A DNA stretch of 64,000 bases from NCBI RefSeq assembly GCF_006345805.1, contig NC_043017.1, positions 31,930,001 through 31,994,000 on the forward strand. Reading direction: 5' to 3'. Position 1 is the first letter of the stretch. Every line of letters starts with the position of its first letter. The DNA comes from Octopus sinensis (lineage: Eukaryota). Below the pieces are notes generated by a model that made no database searches, was not told the origin of the DNA, and saw only the letters and a program-made list of their open reading frames with translations. Shown here piece by piece: positions 27,241 to 40,664 of the stretch. Both the position numbers and the translations under genes were made by a program.

Positions 27241-27783
27241 TGACTTGTTCTTCTTTTTGGATTATGGCTGCTGTTGCTTAGTGAGTGGGATTGACTCAGT
27301 GCACAGCCTTTCCTCATTAAAAAAAATCTTCTTGCACGGGCATTGCATGATAACAACATTAATTAAGCTTTGTGCAATGGCCATACTCGATAACGAGGGG
27401 GCAGCCAACATGCATGTATATATGTATGTATCTATGTATGTATGTCTGTATGTATGTGAGTGTGAGGTTGGGAAGTTCACTTTGTGGCCAGGTGTTTTCA
27501 GTTTCAGTTCCACCGCACAGCACCTTGGGCAAATGTCTTCTGTTACTTCTGTTATGTCTGTATGTGTATGTTCATGTGTGTGTGTTCGTGATTGTCTTTC
27601 TGCATTGCTTGACAACCAGTGTTGGTCTGTTTATGTTCCAGTAACTTAACAAGAAAAGTGATTGATAGAATAAGAATCAGATTTTACGTAAAATGTAAGT
27701 ACTGGAGTTAATTTGTTTAACTAAAACATTTGGAGGTGCTGCCCCAGCACGTCTGCAGCCAAATGACTAAGACAAGATGAAAT

Positions 27784-27814
<31 letters not shown>

Positions 27815-27831
27815 CATATATATATACACAC

Positions 27832-27992
<161 letters not shown>

Positions 27993-29045
27993 TAATAGAA
28001 GGAATTGTATATAATACAATTTTACTGAACCTTCAGTTTCTTTATATGCTAGACCATTGGTGTGAAATCGATGTTAATTAAATTAATATCTAATTTCTCA
28101 CCCTCATTTTAAATTTATATATATATAATTACTTCAAATAAACAAACAGTTAAAAAACAGAGATAAAAATAAATATGTATGTATATATATATATATATGT
28201 ACACACACACACACCTCCTGGAACAATGCCGAAAGCTAAAGCAAAAGTAAAAAATGTGAGTATCTGTTTTTGCCCACTAGAGAAAACAATTAAATCTCTT
28301 TCAAATCACCTCCAACAGTTTTAAATAAATTGGTTCTGATCTAGAGATGTCAAATGATGTACCCCGGGGCAAGCATGAACATATGGCACCAACAGTAACA
28401 TGGGATGAAAGGCAACATTGGATAATATAGTTCTAGACATAGTCTTAAATTCTTTGGCGTTCTCACAGCTGGAATGCCCTTGACGATAAGTCAAGCCAAT
28501 CTGTATTAACCCGGGGGGGCTACATAGTGACAACATCAACAAAATGACGACGGGTGTGTTTTAAATTTACAACTACTAGAAATGTGAGTAATTCATGTCC
28601 TGCTACCGACTCGGTGTTTAAGAGTGATCTCATTGTCACGTCAGCTTGATATATTATGTTACGTAAGTAATTAATAATTAGTTTGAAAATTTATAAGACA
28701 GTTGTTCATCTTATAAGTTTAATATTTATTAGCAATCATTTGCGAAACTACAAGGTAGCATGGCAGTGTACTCAACAAATTTGCTTTTATATAGGAGAGA
28801 TGCCGTCACTTGAAATGGTTAACACTATTCGCTAACAAAGTCTTTGTCATATTCTAATTAAAATATTACTCTGATTTTAGTCTCTAATTAAATTCTGTAA
28901 ATTTACCATAATGTTCATGAATAATATGCTTCCATGTATAATACACATTTTAATCATGAAGGTTATCATACCATTTATATAATACACAGAGTTGTATAAC
29001 AGCTAATACAGTAAATAATTTATCATATTTTTATATAAAATTCAC

Positions 29046-29397
29046 AGACGCAGGTACGGCTGTGTGGTAAGAAGCTTGCTTACCAATCTCATGGTTCCAG
29101 GTTCAGTCCCACTGCATGGCACCTTAGGTAAGTGTCTTTTACTATAGCTTGTGAGTGGATTTGGTAATATGTATGTATTTAAGTGTGTGCCTGTGTTTGC
29201 CCCCTACCATCACTTGACAACCGATGTTGGTGTGTTTATGTCCCCATAAGTTAGTGGTTCAGAAATACAGTCAAAAACAATAAGTATTAGGCTTAGAAAG
29301 AATCAGTCCTGGGTCAATTTCTTTGACTAAAACCCTTTAAAGTGGTACTCCAGCATGGCCACAGTCAAATGACTGAAACAATTAAAAGAATAAAGAA
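29046..29397 (+). mobile_element. SINE family A (older copy)
   Basis: Consensus head and tail. Confidence 0.8.
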
Positions 29398-30000
29398 AGA
29401 TGTATTTAATGAATACAATTTAAATGCAGGTGTGGCTGTGTGGTAAGAAGCTTGCTTTCTAATCCCATGGTTCCAGGTTCAGTTCCATTATGTGGCACCT
29501 TGGGCAAGTGTCTTCTACTTTAGCCCCAGGTCGACCAAAGCCTTGTGAGAAATATAGACAAATATATGTCTATGGCTGTGTATCTATGTGTGTGTGTGTG
29601 TGTGTATGTGTGTTAGTTGCCCACAGAGAGAGTGTGTGTGTGTGTGTATGCGTGAGCATGTGTGAGCCTCACTGTTAGATATATTCGTATCTACTTTAAG
29701 ATTTCGGCTCATGTCTCTTGAGATGGCTTACATAAATATACAGCAAACTGGTAAATTCTTACTCCAGTGTATAATTTCTTTATCTGTATCAGGGGATTAT
29801 AAATATTATTCTGTCAGTGTTATTTCACTGAAAGTAATTGCCATCAGATACACCTGCAGCAGGTCATGCTGGTCATTACATGAAATTAAAGAATATAGCA
29901 GAAATTGTAACATGTCATCCTACTTTACATTAAGACTTCTCTGTAGCTCAGTAGATATGTATATCAATATCATTATTTAACATAGATATTTAATACAATA

Positions 30001-30308
30001 GGCACAGGAGTGGCTGTAGGGTAAGTAGGTTGCTTACGAATCACATGATTCCGGGTTCAGTCCCACTGCATGACACCTTGGGCAAGTGTCTTCTACTATA
30101 GCCTCCGGCCAACCAAGGCCTTGTGAGTGGATTTGGTAGAGGGAAACTGAAAGAAGCCCATTGTATATATATATATATATTTCCTCTGTCTTCCCTTCTC
30201 TGGATCTTTCCTTCTCCTATGTTTCCTTCTTTCCTGAGCGTCCAATAATACTACATTTGTTCCACGTCCTCCCGTTGTTGTGTTTTTTTGTTGCTTTCTT
30301 GTTTGGAT

Positions 30309-30357
<49 letters not shown>

Positions 30358-30797
30358 ATATGTTTGTGCGTCTGTGTTTGTCCCCCTCAACATTGCTTGA
30401 CAACCGACGCTGGTGTGTTTATATCCCCGTTACTTAGTGGTTCTGCAAAAGAGACCGATAGAATAAGTACTAGGTTTACAAAGAATAAGTCCTGGGGTCG
30501 ATTTGCTTGACAGAAACGTTAGTACGTCGGGCGAAATTCTTAGCGGTATTTCGTCTGCCGTTACGCTCCGAGTTCAAATTCCGCTGAGGTCGACTTTGCC
30601 TTTCATCCTTTCGGGGTCGATAAATTAAGTACCAGTTACGCACTGGGGTCGATGTAATCAATTTAATCCGTTTGTCTGTCCTTGTTTGTCCCCTCTATGT
30701 TTAGCCCCTTGTGGGTAATAAATAAATATAAAGGCGGTGCTCCAGCATGGCCACAGTCAAATGACTGAAACAAGTAAAAGAGTAAAGTGTAAAGAGT
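30001..30797 (+). mobile_element. Family A SINE with a nested Penelope-like fragment (~30180-30312) and a nested family B SINE (~30511-30728)
   Basis: Family A sequence resumes after each insert (aaaggcggtgctcc at ~30730). Confidence 0.85.
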
Positions 30798-31135
30798 ATA
30801 CAAACTTTTCAGTTATGATCTCTTCATCTCAGGCTTTCCCGATGCAGAATTCCATGCCTTGTTTGTTTAACAGGCTAATATTCCTGTTCCATTTTTCCAG
30901 AATCTCAGAGTGGAACAGAACCATCTTAAAGAATACCATTAAAAGTGCTTCTCTTTTATATTTATATCACATTCTTTTCATGGCATGTGTATATCTTTTA
31001 CATGATACAGCTACCAAATCAATAGCTATAGCACCATTCCGTTGACAATGTGCATTGTTCCCATTGTATATCTCCATATATCTACTTATGAGATATTTTG
31101 GCTTGTCTATCATGACATACATTCAATGTTCATAT

Positions 31136-31179
<44 letters not shown>

Positions 31180-31209
31180 ATATATATATATATATGTATA
31201 TATGTATAT

Positions 31210-31618
31210 AGGCGCAGGAGTGGCTGTGTGGTAAGTAGCTTGCTAACCAACCACATGGTTCCGGGTTCAGTCCCACTACGTGGCCTCTTGGGCAAGTGTC
31301 TTCTGCTATAGCCTCGGGCTGACCAATGCCTTGTGAGTGGATTTGGTAGACGGAAACTGAAAGAAGCCTGTCGTATATATGTATATATATATGTTTGTGT
31401 GTCTGTGTTTGTCCCCCTAGCATTGCTTGACAACCGATGCTGGTGTGTTTACGTCCCCGTCACTTAGTGGTTCGGCAAAAGAAACCAATAAAATAAGTAC
31501 TGGGCTTACAAAGAATAAGTCCCGGGGTCGATTTGCTCGACTAAAGGCGGTGCTCCAGCATGGCCGCAGTCAAATGACTGAAACAAGTAAAAGAGTAAAA
31601 GAGTAAAAAGAGAGAGAG
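31210..31618 (+). mobile_element. SINE family A, near-consensus young copy; further copies 48914-49315(-), 49557-50045, 55140-55555(-), 59351-59755, 61030-61458(-), 63087-63505(-)
   Basis: ggcgcaggagtggctgtgtggtaagtagc ... ggcggtgctccagcatggccgcagtcaaatgactgaaacaagtaaaagagtaaaagag. Confidence 0.92.
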
Positions 31619-31650
31619 TATATATATATATATACACATATATATATATA

Positions 31651-31683
<33 letters not shown>

Positions 31684-31764
31684 GGATATGAGATATTTTG
31701 ATTTGTCTATCATGAGATGCATTCAGTGTTCATATTTATATATATATGTTTGTCAAACTGTGAA

Positions 31765-32200
31765 ATAATGGGGATGGAAACAAACCATCACCAGTTGTTG
31801 GGTAAATAAAGGCAAAGACACACACACACATTCGAAAGGCTTCTTTCAGTTTCCGTCTGATCTCACGAGGCATTGGTTGGCCAGGGCTATCGTGAAAGAC
31901 ACTTGCCCAAGGAGCCATGCAGTGGGACTGAACCCAGAACCTATTTCTTTACTACCCACAAGGGGCTAAACACAGAGAGGCAAACAAGGACAGACAAATG
32001 GATTAAGTCGATTACATCGACCCCAGTGCGTAACTGGTACTTAATTAACGACCCCGAAAGGATGAAAGGCTAAGTCGACCTCGGCGGAATTTGAACTCAG
32101 AACGTAGCGGCAGACGAAATACCGCTATGCATTTCACCCGGTGTGCTAACATTTCTGCCAGTGGTTAGGAAGCAAACTTATTACCACACAGCCACGCTTA
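31765..32200 (-). mobile_element. Family A SINE interrupted by a family B SINE (~31940-32162)
   Basis: gaacccagaac|ctatttctt...tgccag|tggttaggaagc. Confidence 0.8.
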
Positions 32201-32397
32201 TACCCATGCACACACACACTCTCTCTCCCTCTCTCACACACACACACACATATATATACAGAGTGTGTGTGTGTGTGTTTATTGGCAAAAGATGACCATC
32301 CCCAAAGAGGACAATATCTGTTTCAGCACAATCATGTGTTGAAGCAGATCTTGCAAAAACAAATATATATGTGTAACAACCATCCCCAAATGTAACA

Positions 32398-32429
<32 letters not shown>

Positions 32430-32439
32430 CTATCACTAT

Positions 32440-32700
32440 CAACATCATAATCATCAATTTTTATGTCCATTTTCCATGCTTGCTTAGGTTGGAAAGGCCT
32501 TCTCTTTTGCACATCATATTTGATTCCCTTAATGGCAAGATGTCTTCTCTGCTCATTTGTACTCTGTTCTTCAGATCCATTAACATTACATATCCAACAC
32601 ATTTCATTTACCCTATTCTTTATATTCAGCAAATCTATTTCCCCACCTTGCACCTTGCTATATCATGCTTCATACCGACACGCCACATCGTAATATTCCC
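32440..32700 (-). mobile_element. RTE LINE 3' relic
   Basis: CWICNVNGSEEQSTNEQRRHLAIKGIKYDVQKRR resembles the RTE motif MLRWMCNV..QS...LREKL.IRGI...VQERR; followed by gcatggaaaatggaca...gatgat tail. Confidence 0.65.
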
Positions 32701-32948
32701 TTCATGCAAACAATTCTATTGTTCCTAACTGATGTAATTGCTCTTGAAGGGTTTTGTGGTACCATTCTTATTCAAGCAACGATGCTTCTAGGACATATCT
32801 TGTTCAACCTGATGAATGGAATCTATTAATCATTTCTGAAGAAACCGCAAAGTATTTGAAAGAATTTATTTGGTGGCTGCTTCATCAGACCATGAAAAAG
32901 GACAATATGAGGATTACGATCTGTGGGAATGCTCCAATATACTAAGAA

Positions 32949-32986
<38 letters not shown>

Positions 32987-33032
32987 CGTATATATATCAA
33001 ATAAAATTAAAAACAGAACCCAAAGGATATTT

Positions 33033-33120
33033 CGGTACACGTGTTTCAAGCTTTATAAACAATCCGTTATATTTCAGTGTATTATTGATATAAAAGATGG
33101 TTTAAAGCTCTCTTCAGCTG
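33033..33120 (-). ncRNA. Hammerhead-ribozyme-like motif with extended stem II
   Basis: Minus: gcag-CTGAAGA-gagcttta..taaagctt-GAAA-cacgtg-TA-ccg; palindromic stem III ACACGTGT; stem I has a mismatch. Confidence 0.6.
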
Positions 33121-33338
33121 CAAACATTGTTAGTCCAAAGAATTACATCACAATATAAAAATATGAAAAGCACATGTAGTATTACCCATTATAATAGGTT
33201 TATCATATCTTCCTGAGAAAGTGTATTTGTAAAATTTCCTAACTGTATAAATGCATAAGTATTCATTGGATTTCGAAAATCTACCCATACTGTATCACCA
33301 ATCAGCATAGAGTGAATGTATATATGTGTGTGTGTGTG

Positions 33339-33380
<42 letters not shown>

Positions 33381-34030
33381 TAATCATATCAAAAGGGAAA
33401 TGGAATTTAATTAAATTTAAATTATTCAATCAAAATTTACATTTCCAGTGGTCTAACGTGCAAAAAAGTTGTCAAAAATATATAGTCGTTTTAATATATA
33501 TATATAGATATATATATTTATGACAACTGATGTTGCTGTGTTTATATCCCTGTACCTTAGTGGTTTGGCAGAAGAAATTAATAGAATGAGTACTAAGCTT
33601 AGAAAGAATAAGTCCTGGGATCGATTTCTTTGACTAAAACCCTTTAAAGTAGTACTCCAGTATGGCCACAGTCAAATGATTGAAGCAAGTAAAGAATAAA
33701 GGTTTAAAAAATATCTGCACGTGTGTGTGTGTGTTTGTATATGCGTGTACAGAGAGAGAGAGAGAGATTTTGATAGTTGAACTCAAGGAAGTAACAACAT
33801 GTAGAATAACGCATTAAAAATATCCCTTGGGTAGAAAAAAAGTTGAAGGTTTTTCCATCAAAGGGGTTCTTTTTTAGCCCAATATTCTCTCTGATGTTAT
33901 TTATAGCTTTATCTACTTTGAGTTGCAACATTAAAAACGATTTATTTCATATTTAGATATCCCTTGCAGTTTCTCAATTCTTTTATATTCTTATATATAT
34001 ATATATATTATATATATATATATATATATA

Positions 34031-34423
34031 CTAGCAGTATCGCCCAGCGTTGCTCGGGTTTGTAAGGGAAATAACTATATAAGCAATTTTAGAGATGTAA
34101 AGTATAATAGCCATCTCAATATGGCCAACCACAAGGGGGGGGGTTACTGTACTTTTTACGTTCTGAGATTTAATAATACATTTTTAGAGAGTTACTTCCC
34201 TTATATATGCCAAAAATGCATTAAAAATGGGAAAAATTGATGGTAATTTTTTTTTTAATCGTAGACTCATCGTAGACGCGCGCTAATACCCAGAAGGGCT
34301 CAATATGAATCACGACTATAAGATACCCGGTTTTGGTTAAACTGCACCGCAAAATGTGGGAGTTGTTAGGAATCTAAATCGTAGGAGACAGACAGCACAC
34401 AACCTCACTTTTATATATAAAGA
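34031..34423 (-). mobile_element. Non-autonomous Helitron
   Basis: Minus 5' a|TCtttatatataaaagtg; 3' hairpin cccgagcaacgctggg then CTAG|t; inserted in an A|T of (AT)n without TSD. Confidence 0.88.
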
Positions 34424-34726
34424 TATATATATATATAAATATATATATATATTGAATTTATACTCGTGTAACATTGTCCGTTTTCCCGTCCTTGTTTCGT
34501 ATACATTCGAAGCTTTTTTTCCAAGGAATCTGGTGCTCTTAGCTTAGTTTTTCCTTGGGGCTGGCTGGATTGGAGCAATCTCAAGATTAATCAGCCGAAA
34601 TTGCGAGGATGATCCAATTCTTGACTGAAGATTAAAGGCTTCGAATGACCTGTCCATGTTTTTTGTATCGTCTTCTGAATGTTTTGTGTTCTTGTCCCAT
34701 TTTGTATTTTCATATATATAATAATA

Positions 34727-34769
<43 letters not shown>

Positions 34770-34770
34770 T

Positions 34771-35266
34771 GCCCTGATGCAGTACCAGGCAGTGGCTCTC
34801 ATGGCTTCTGATCTTAACTGATTGGAAGTGTTATCATGTACATTGTTTTGTCTTGGTACAAAAAGATGGGCTACAGCAAATATTCTGCTCAATACCACAG
34901 ATTTGCTTGTCAGTTGCTTGACCTTAACCAGTTGAGCATGTCCCTTAGTGGCTGACGATATGTGCATCTCTGATCACGAGCAGAAGTAGTGGAAACATGG
35001 GTGGCTCTTTCAAACATCCTTAAACAACCCTTATTCAGGGACCTTTTGAGCAGGATGGGCTACTCAACCTGAAGAAAATTTTAACTGGGCCCCACCTGCA
35101 AGGTCATGTGCTGTTTATCTTGATATGAGATCACCATGTCGCGCACATATGGTTGTGATGCATGTGCCTGGTGTACCCTTATCAGACGGGTAGTCATGAT
35201 GGGTATATTGGGCTTCGTATATTTTACCCCAGTGTCACTTTGATGGCATGCACTGCTCTCTCACTC
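34771..35266 (+). mobile_element. Family D repeat flanked on both sides by (TAA)n
   Basis: (aat)n-gccctgatgcagtaccagg...ctctctcactc-(aat)n; second copy 17581-18070. Confidence 0.75.
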
Positions 35267-35318
<52 letters not shown>

Positions 35319-35389
35319 GGACTAAATCCAAACTTACAGGGAAAATTAGATTTAGGATTAAATCTAATTTTATAGTATAAATATATATA

Positions 35390-37014
35390 TTAAATTAGAG
35401 ATAAAACCACTGTTAGTCAAATCAAAACAGTGAAAATCATAAACCAATACATAGAAATAAAATTTTCAATAATAAAGCGTATTTGTAGTTCACCACGGTT
35501 AAAGAATTCTTCAACAATTTATTCTTTTTTTACTAATAACGTAATTCCACGAGTATTCTTATAAACGCTGAAAAGACGTTTTCCGATTTAAAATTTTAGT
35601 TCATCACAAAACTCGCAAAGCTAAGTATATATTTATATTTAAGATTCTTACATTTTAAAATTTAAATATTTTAATAAGTCTTATGGTATAATATCTTTTA
35701 TATAAATATTGATGGTTATGGAATGATCTAGTTATCGTAGTTTTTTCTATATAATTATTAGATATTAACTTTACATTTATTCGTAAGACTTTACTTAACC
35801 AAAGAGAAATATAGATCGTTAACATTTATACCAGTTTTTTAAAGTTAGGTTTCATGTATATACATGTATTTATAGCATAAATTTTAGTCTTAAATAACTA
35901 TATTTGTTGATAGTAATTTTTAAAAAAATTATAATTGTTATTATAACTTATATATTGTTTTTTTACAATCGATATTTGGTAGTAATATTTTTTCCATTGA
36001 TAAATATATTTGTAGTATTTATTTGATACTATATAACTACGGATTGATTATTTCATTAGTATTTTATTTTATTTTAGTTTCTTAACTATACGATTTTTGA
36101 AAGTTATTAGTTAGCCAATGAGATATATAGATCGTTAATTAGTTATAGCGTTCGTTTAAGATTGTTTGTTTGTTTTTTTACAATTAACTATTTCATCTTT
36201 ATTCTTTTAATCTTTTAATATTTTTATAAGTAATAATGAATAATTAATTTATTAGGTCTTTTTTATACGTGCATATATATTTATTAATAGAGATAATTTT
36301 AGATCTTAATTATAATATTTATATACATTTATCTATTTTCATTGATAATTTAGTTATTATTCAAATATTATATAATTATTTGACTTGAAATTATATTTAA
36401 TAACATGAATAGTTTTTTTTTTAATGTAAAATATTTATGTAATTAGATATTGACTATAACTGAGATTAGATTATTTGTGGGTTCCTTACTTTAAAAATTA
36501 ATAATTAAAAATTAATATTTAACATTATTTTTTATGACATAAACATAATCGTTAAAGTTTCTAGTTTCATAATAGATTTTTTTATTAAAATTATTATTTT
36601 ATTTATTTCTTAAAAAATATTGTTTAAATATTTCTGATTATTTATTTAAATATTATCATTAACCTGAAGATTGACTATAACCATAATTCGAATTATTAAT
36701 TGAATTTAAATTATTGTTATTCGAATTTGTTTATGGGCATGAAATGATCGTAGTGGTTTTACTCTTTATCTTATATTAAACTTTTAATACTTTTTGATAG
36801 TTATATATATATATATAAAAAAAATTATATATATATAGATTTATAAGTATAAATTATTAATTTAAATATTTTTAAAAATTTTAACTTTAAATTTAAGTAA
36901 TTTAAATTTTGAATTTTATATTTTATATATTTTATTAATTAATTTTATTTCTATGAATTGGTTTATGATTTTCACTGTTTGATTTGCCTAATAGTGGTTT
37001 TATCTCTAATTTAA
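35390..37014. mobile_element. Very AT-rich 1.6-kb element bounded by ~75-bp inverted repeats; Penelope-like derivative suspected
   Basis: 35390-35464 is the reverse complement of 36941-37014; internal hammerhead-like motif at 36661-36757. Confidence 0.6.
36661..36757 (+). ncRNA. Degenerate hammerhead-like motif with long stem II
   Basis: CTGAAGA (36664) ...ccataa-ttcgaat...attcgaa..ttatgg... GAAA(36741)-tgatcg-TA; stem I weak. Confidence 0.4.
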
Positions 37015-37119
37015 CATATATATATATATATATTTATCTTTCTACCCATCTATTCATCCACACATCCATCTATCTTTCCATCCATCCATCCACCTATCCA
37101 TCCATCCATCCATCCATAC

Positions 37120-37195
<76 letters not shown>

Positions 37196-37206
37196 TTTTC
37201 TTATAT

Positions 37207-37330
37207 AAGAATGTTCTTGACAGTGACATCAAAGATTTGGCCAGATAAGGCATCATTGGACTACAGTGCTTTAGAATCTGACAATGGCTTAGCTCACAGA
37301 AACTTCGATGTCACTATCAACAATATTCTT
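37207..37330. mobile_element. Small fold-back MITE-like hairpin
   Basis: aagaatgttcttgacagtgacatcaaag pairs with cttcgatgtcactatcaacaatattctt; inner taagg/cattg pairs with caatg/gctta. Confidence 0.6.
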
Positions 37331-37949
37331 GTTTAAGAATAATAAATTTGTACTCTACAAAAGTATAGAGCAGCCCATCTGATTAATCATCATCATCATC
37401 ATCGTTTAACGTCTGCTTTCCATGCTAGCATGGGTTGGACGATTTGATTGAGGGCTGGCGAACCAGATATCTGCACCAAGCTTCAATCTTGATCTGCCAG
37501 AGTTTCTATAGCTTGATGCCCTTGTAGAATTGTTTTTATTTTAACTGAACATAAAAACAAATTTTAATATCCAGCTACACAGATAGACAGAAAGACAAAT
37601 AGACAGATAGGCACAGGAGTGGCTGTGTGGTAAAAAAGCTTGCTTCCCAACCACATTGTTCCAGGTTCAGTCCCACTGTGTTGCACCTTGGGCAAGTGTT
37701 ATCTACTATAAACCTTGGGCCAACCAAAGTCTTGTGATTGGATTTGGTAGACAGAAACTGAAAGAAGCCTGTCATCTATATATGTATATATTTATGTGCA
37801 TGTGTCTTTCTGTCTGTGTCATCCCCCTTCCAGTCCTTTTGTGACATCACTTCCTCTCTCTTCCGGTCACTCCTCCTCCTCCCACAGGCTTTTAACGTGG
37901 CACTGGCATGAATGCTTTTTATATATATATGGCAAGCCTCTTTCAATTT

Positions 37950-39303
37950 CTTATTTCTTTATTGCTCACAAGGGGCTAAACATAGAGGGGACAAACAAAG
38001 ACATTAAGTCAATTATATCGACCCCAGTGCATAACTGCTACTTAATTTATCAAACCCGAAAGGATGAAAGGCGAAATCGACCTCAGTGGAATTTGAACTC
38101 AGAACGTAACAGCAGACAAAAAACCTATTTCTTTACAACCCCCAAGAGGCTAAACACAGAGAGGACAAACAAGGACAGACAAACGGATTAAGTCGATTAT
38201 ATCGACCCCAGTGCATAACTGGTACTTAATTTATCGACCCAGAAAGGATGAAAAGCAAAGTTGATACCGGCAGAATTTGAACTCAGAACGTAACAGCAGA
38301 CAAAAAACCTATTTCTTTACAACCCCCAAGAGGCTAAACACAGAGAGGACAAACAAGGACAGACAAACGGATTAAGTCGATTATATCGACCCCAGTGCAT
38401 AACTGGTACTTAATTTATCGACCCAGAAAGGATGAAAAGCAAAGTTGATACCGGCAGATTTGAACTCAGAACGTAACAGCAGACAAAAAACCTATTTCTT
38501 TACAACCCCCAAGAGGCTAAACACAGAGAGGACAAACAAGGACAGACAAACGGATTAAGTCGATTATATCGACCCCAGTGCATAACTGGTACTTAATTTA
38601 TCGACCCAGAAAGGATGAAAAGCAAAGTTGATACCGGCAGAATTTGAACTCAGAACGTAACAGCAGACAAAAAACCTATTTCTTTACAACCCCCAAGAGG
38701 CTAAACACAGAGAGGACAAACAGGACAGACAAACGGATTAAGTCGATTATATCGACCCCAGTGCATAACTGGTACTTAATTTATCGACCCAGAAAGGATG
38801 AAAAGCAAAGTTGATACCGGCAGAATTTGAACTCAGAACGTAACAGCAGACAAAAAACCTATTTCTTTACAACCCCCAAGAGGCTAAACACAGAGAGGAC
38901 AAACAAGGACAGACAAACGGATTAAGTCGATTATATCGACCCCAGTGCATAACTGGTACTTAATTTATCGACCCAGAAAGGATGAAAAGCAAAGTTGATA
39001 CCGGCAGAATTTGAACTCAGAACGTAACAGCAGACAAAAAACCTATTTCTTTACAACCCCCAAGAGGCTAAATACAGAGAGGACAAACAAGGACAGACAA
39101 ACGGATTAAGTCGATTATATCGATCCCAGTGCGTAACTGGTACTTAATTTATCGACCCAGAAAGGATGAAAAGCAAAGTTGATACCGGCAGAATTTGAAC
39201 TCAGAACGTAACAGCAGACAAAAAAACCTATTTCTTTACAACCCCCAAGAGGCTAAATACAGAGAGGACAAACAAGGACAGACAAACGGATTAAGTCGAT
39301 TAT
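37950..39303 (-). repeat. Tandem array (~7 units of ~183-184 bp) of the family B SINE body
   Basis: cagaacgtaacagcagacaaaaaacctatttc recurs at ~38100, 38284, 38467, 38651, 38834, 39018, 39202. Confidence 0.95.
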
Positions 39304-39460
39304 GATTGATTGATTGATTGATTGATTGATTCTAGTTTCAGCTCATGAGCTGTGGCCATGCTGGGGCACCGCCATTTGGTGTTGCTATTTGGTTTTACTT
39401 CACGAAAGCTTTTTAGCAACTGCCATTTGGTGCATGAGAGAGTTCGATGCAGCTGCCCTC
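39303..39460 (-). mobile_element. Short 3' end of the same LINE family as 5049-6172, with (TCAA)n tail
   Basis: ctagtttcagctcatgagctgtggccatgctggggcaccgccatttggtg...gagagagttcgatgcagctgccctc. Confidence 0.85.
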
Positions 39461-40253
39461 TATGTCGGTTTTTCAGTTTTTATTTTTCTAGAAAATTCAT
39501 TTGGTTTTCATAATTGTGGTGTACTTAACCACAGAGTTAAACCTTGCAGAAAATTTGCATCCCTAATCTTTAGATTTTTAAATGACTATTTCTTTATTAT
39601 TTATTATTCACGCCAAAATGATCTGTTTATAAGATAAATGCAACTTTCAAAAATATCCATTTAAGCTATTCTTTCAGCTTCATCCCAAAGTTTAACAGGT
39701 ACCAAGCAATATTAATTACAAGAACATATTTTATTGGGTTTTTTTTTTTTACAAACAAAAAGTTACATTTTATACCCCACTCAGAATACCAGACACATAA
39801 AACTTTTGATAGAAGTAAATGTAACATCTCCAAGTGAAAGCAAAAAATATAACTAAGTAAATAATATTTTTAATCAAGTCTGAAGAGGTTAGATTTCAAA
39901 TGTTAAGTAGTCTAACTAAAAAAACGATTTTAAAAGCAAATTACTATTCTACTTTTAGAATTCATCAAAATTAGAGTGAAATTTGTTTAAATAACACTAT
40001 TTAAGATGAGAAACATCAGAATACAAAAAAAAAAAATGCAAGAAAGAGAAATGAAAATGGTTTAAGAAATTAGTGTTGCATGAGTTGAGTTGTTAAGCTT
40101 AAGATTTTTAACCTAGAAGAAAACAGATTATTATTTAATCAAATGGAACAAGCGAAAAAAATTATGTAAATAACAAACTTTATAAAAAAAAAAAGGGAGG
40201 GAGTCATTAGCAAGAAATTTATGAAAAAAATAGAGTTTGTAATGTGAATAATG

Positions 40254-40664
40254 CTAAAGATCATAGCTTAGGTACTGTCCAATGATGGCAATAAATACAA
40301 GGAAAACTGTACTGTACAGGCTTGATCCACTATTGCATTTATCTTTGTCTGTGCAGTAACAATAAAACATTTTTATATCATCAGTGCCAACTTTATAGTC
40401 GCATTTGCCGACTACACCATCTTCTGCACACTGTCTGATGTATCTTGTTTCCCATTCCTCCTTGACTTTGATTTTCTGCACAACTTTTCTACATCCCTTG
40501 TCCGTATCAGAGCAATTCGTCACAAATTCAGAAGAATTACTTAATGATAGCCCACAGCCTTCATTATAAAACGAGTTGCAGTTATGACATTGAAGTCCAT
40601 ATCCTAATTGTATCCATAATGTCAGCAAAAATATAAAGACGGGGATAATCAGAAAAGACTTCAT
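40254..40664 (-). CDS. Ly6/uPAR (three-finger) domain protein, crooked/quiver(sleepless)-like, 136 aa, signal peptide and GPI-anchor signal
   Basis: ATG at 40664 in CAAC-ATG context; hydrophobic N-terminus ending GYG-LQC; 10 Cys in LU spacing (CxxC...C...C...CRK...RxC...C...CxC...CN); CRKVVQK..W..RYIRQC and CYCTDKDKCN resemble Drosophila Crooked as I recall it; hydrophobic C-terminal tail; no internal stop or intron. Confidence 0.92.
   Translation of the reverse strand: MKSFLIIPVFIFLLTLWIQLGYGLQCHNCNSFYNEGCGLSLSNSSEFVTNCSDTDKGCRKVVQKIKVKEEWETRYIRQCAEDGVVGKCDYKVGTDDIKMFYCYCTDKDKCNSGSSLYSTVFLVFIAIIGQYLSYDL

Noticed and set aside
37950-39303. CRISPR-like regular array
   Set aside because: Whole units are near-identical with no unique spacers; eukaryotic SINE-derived tandem repeat; no cas genes
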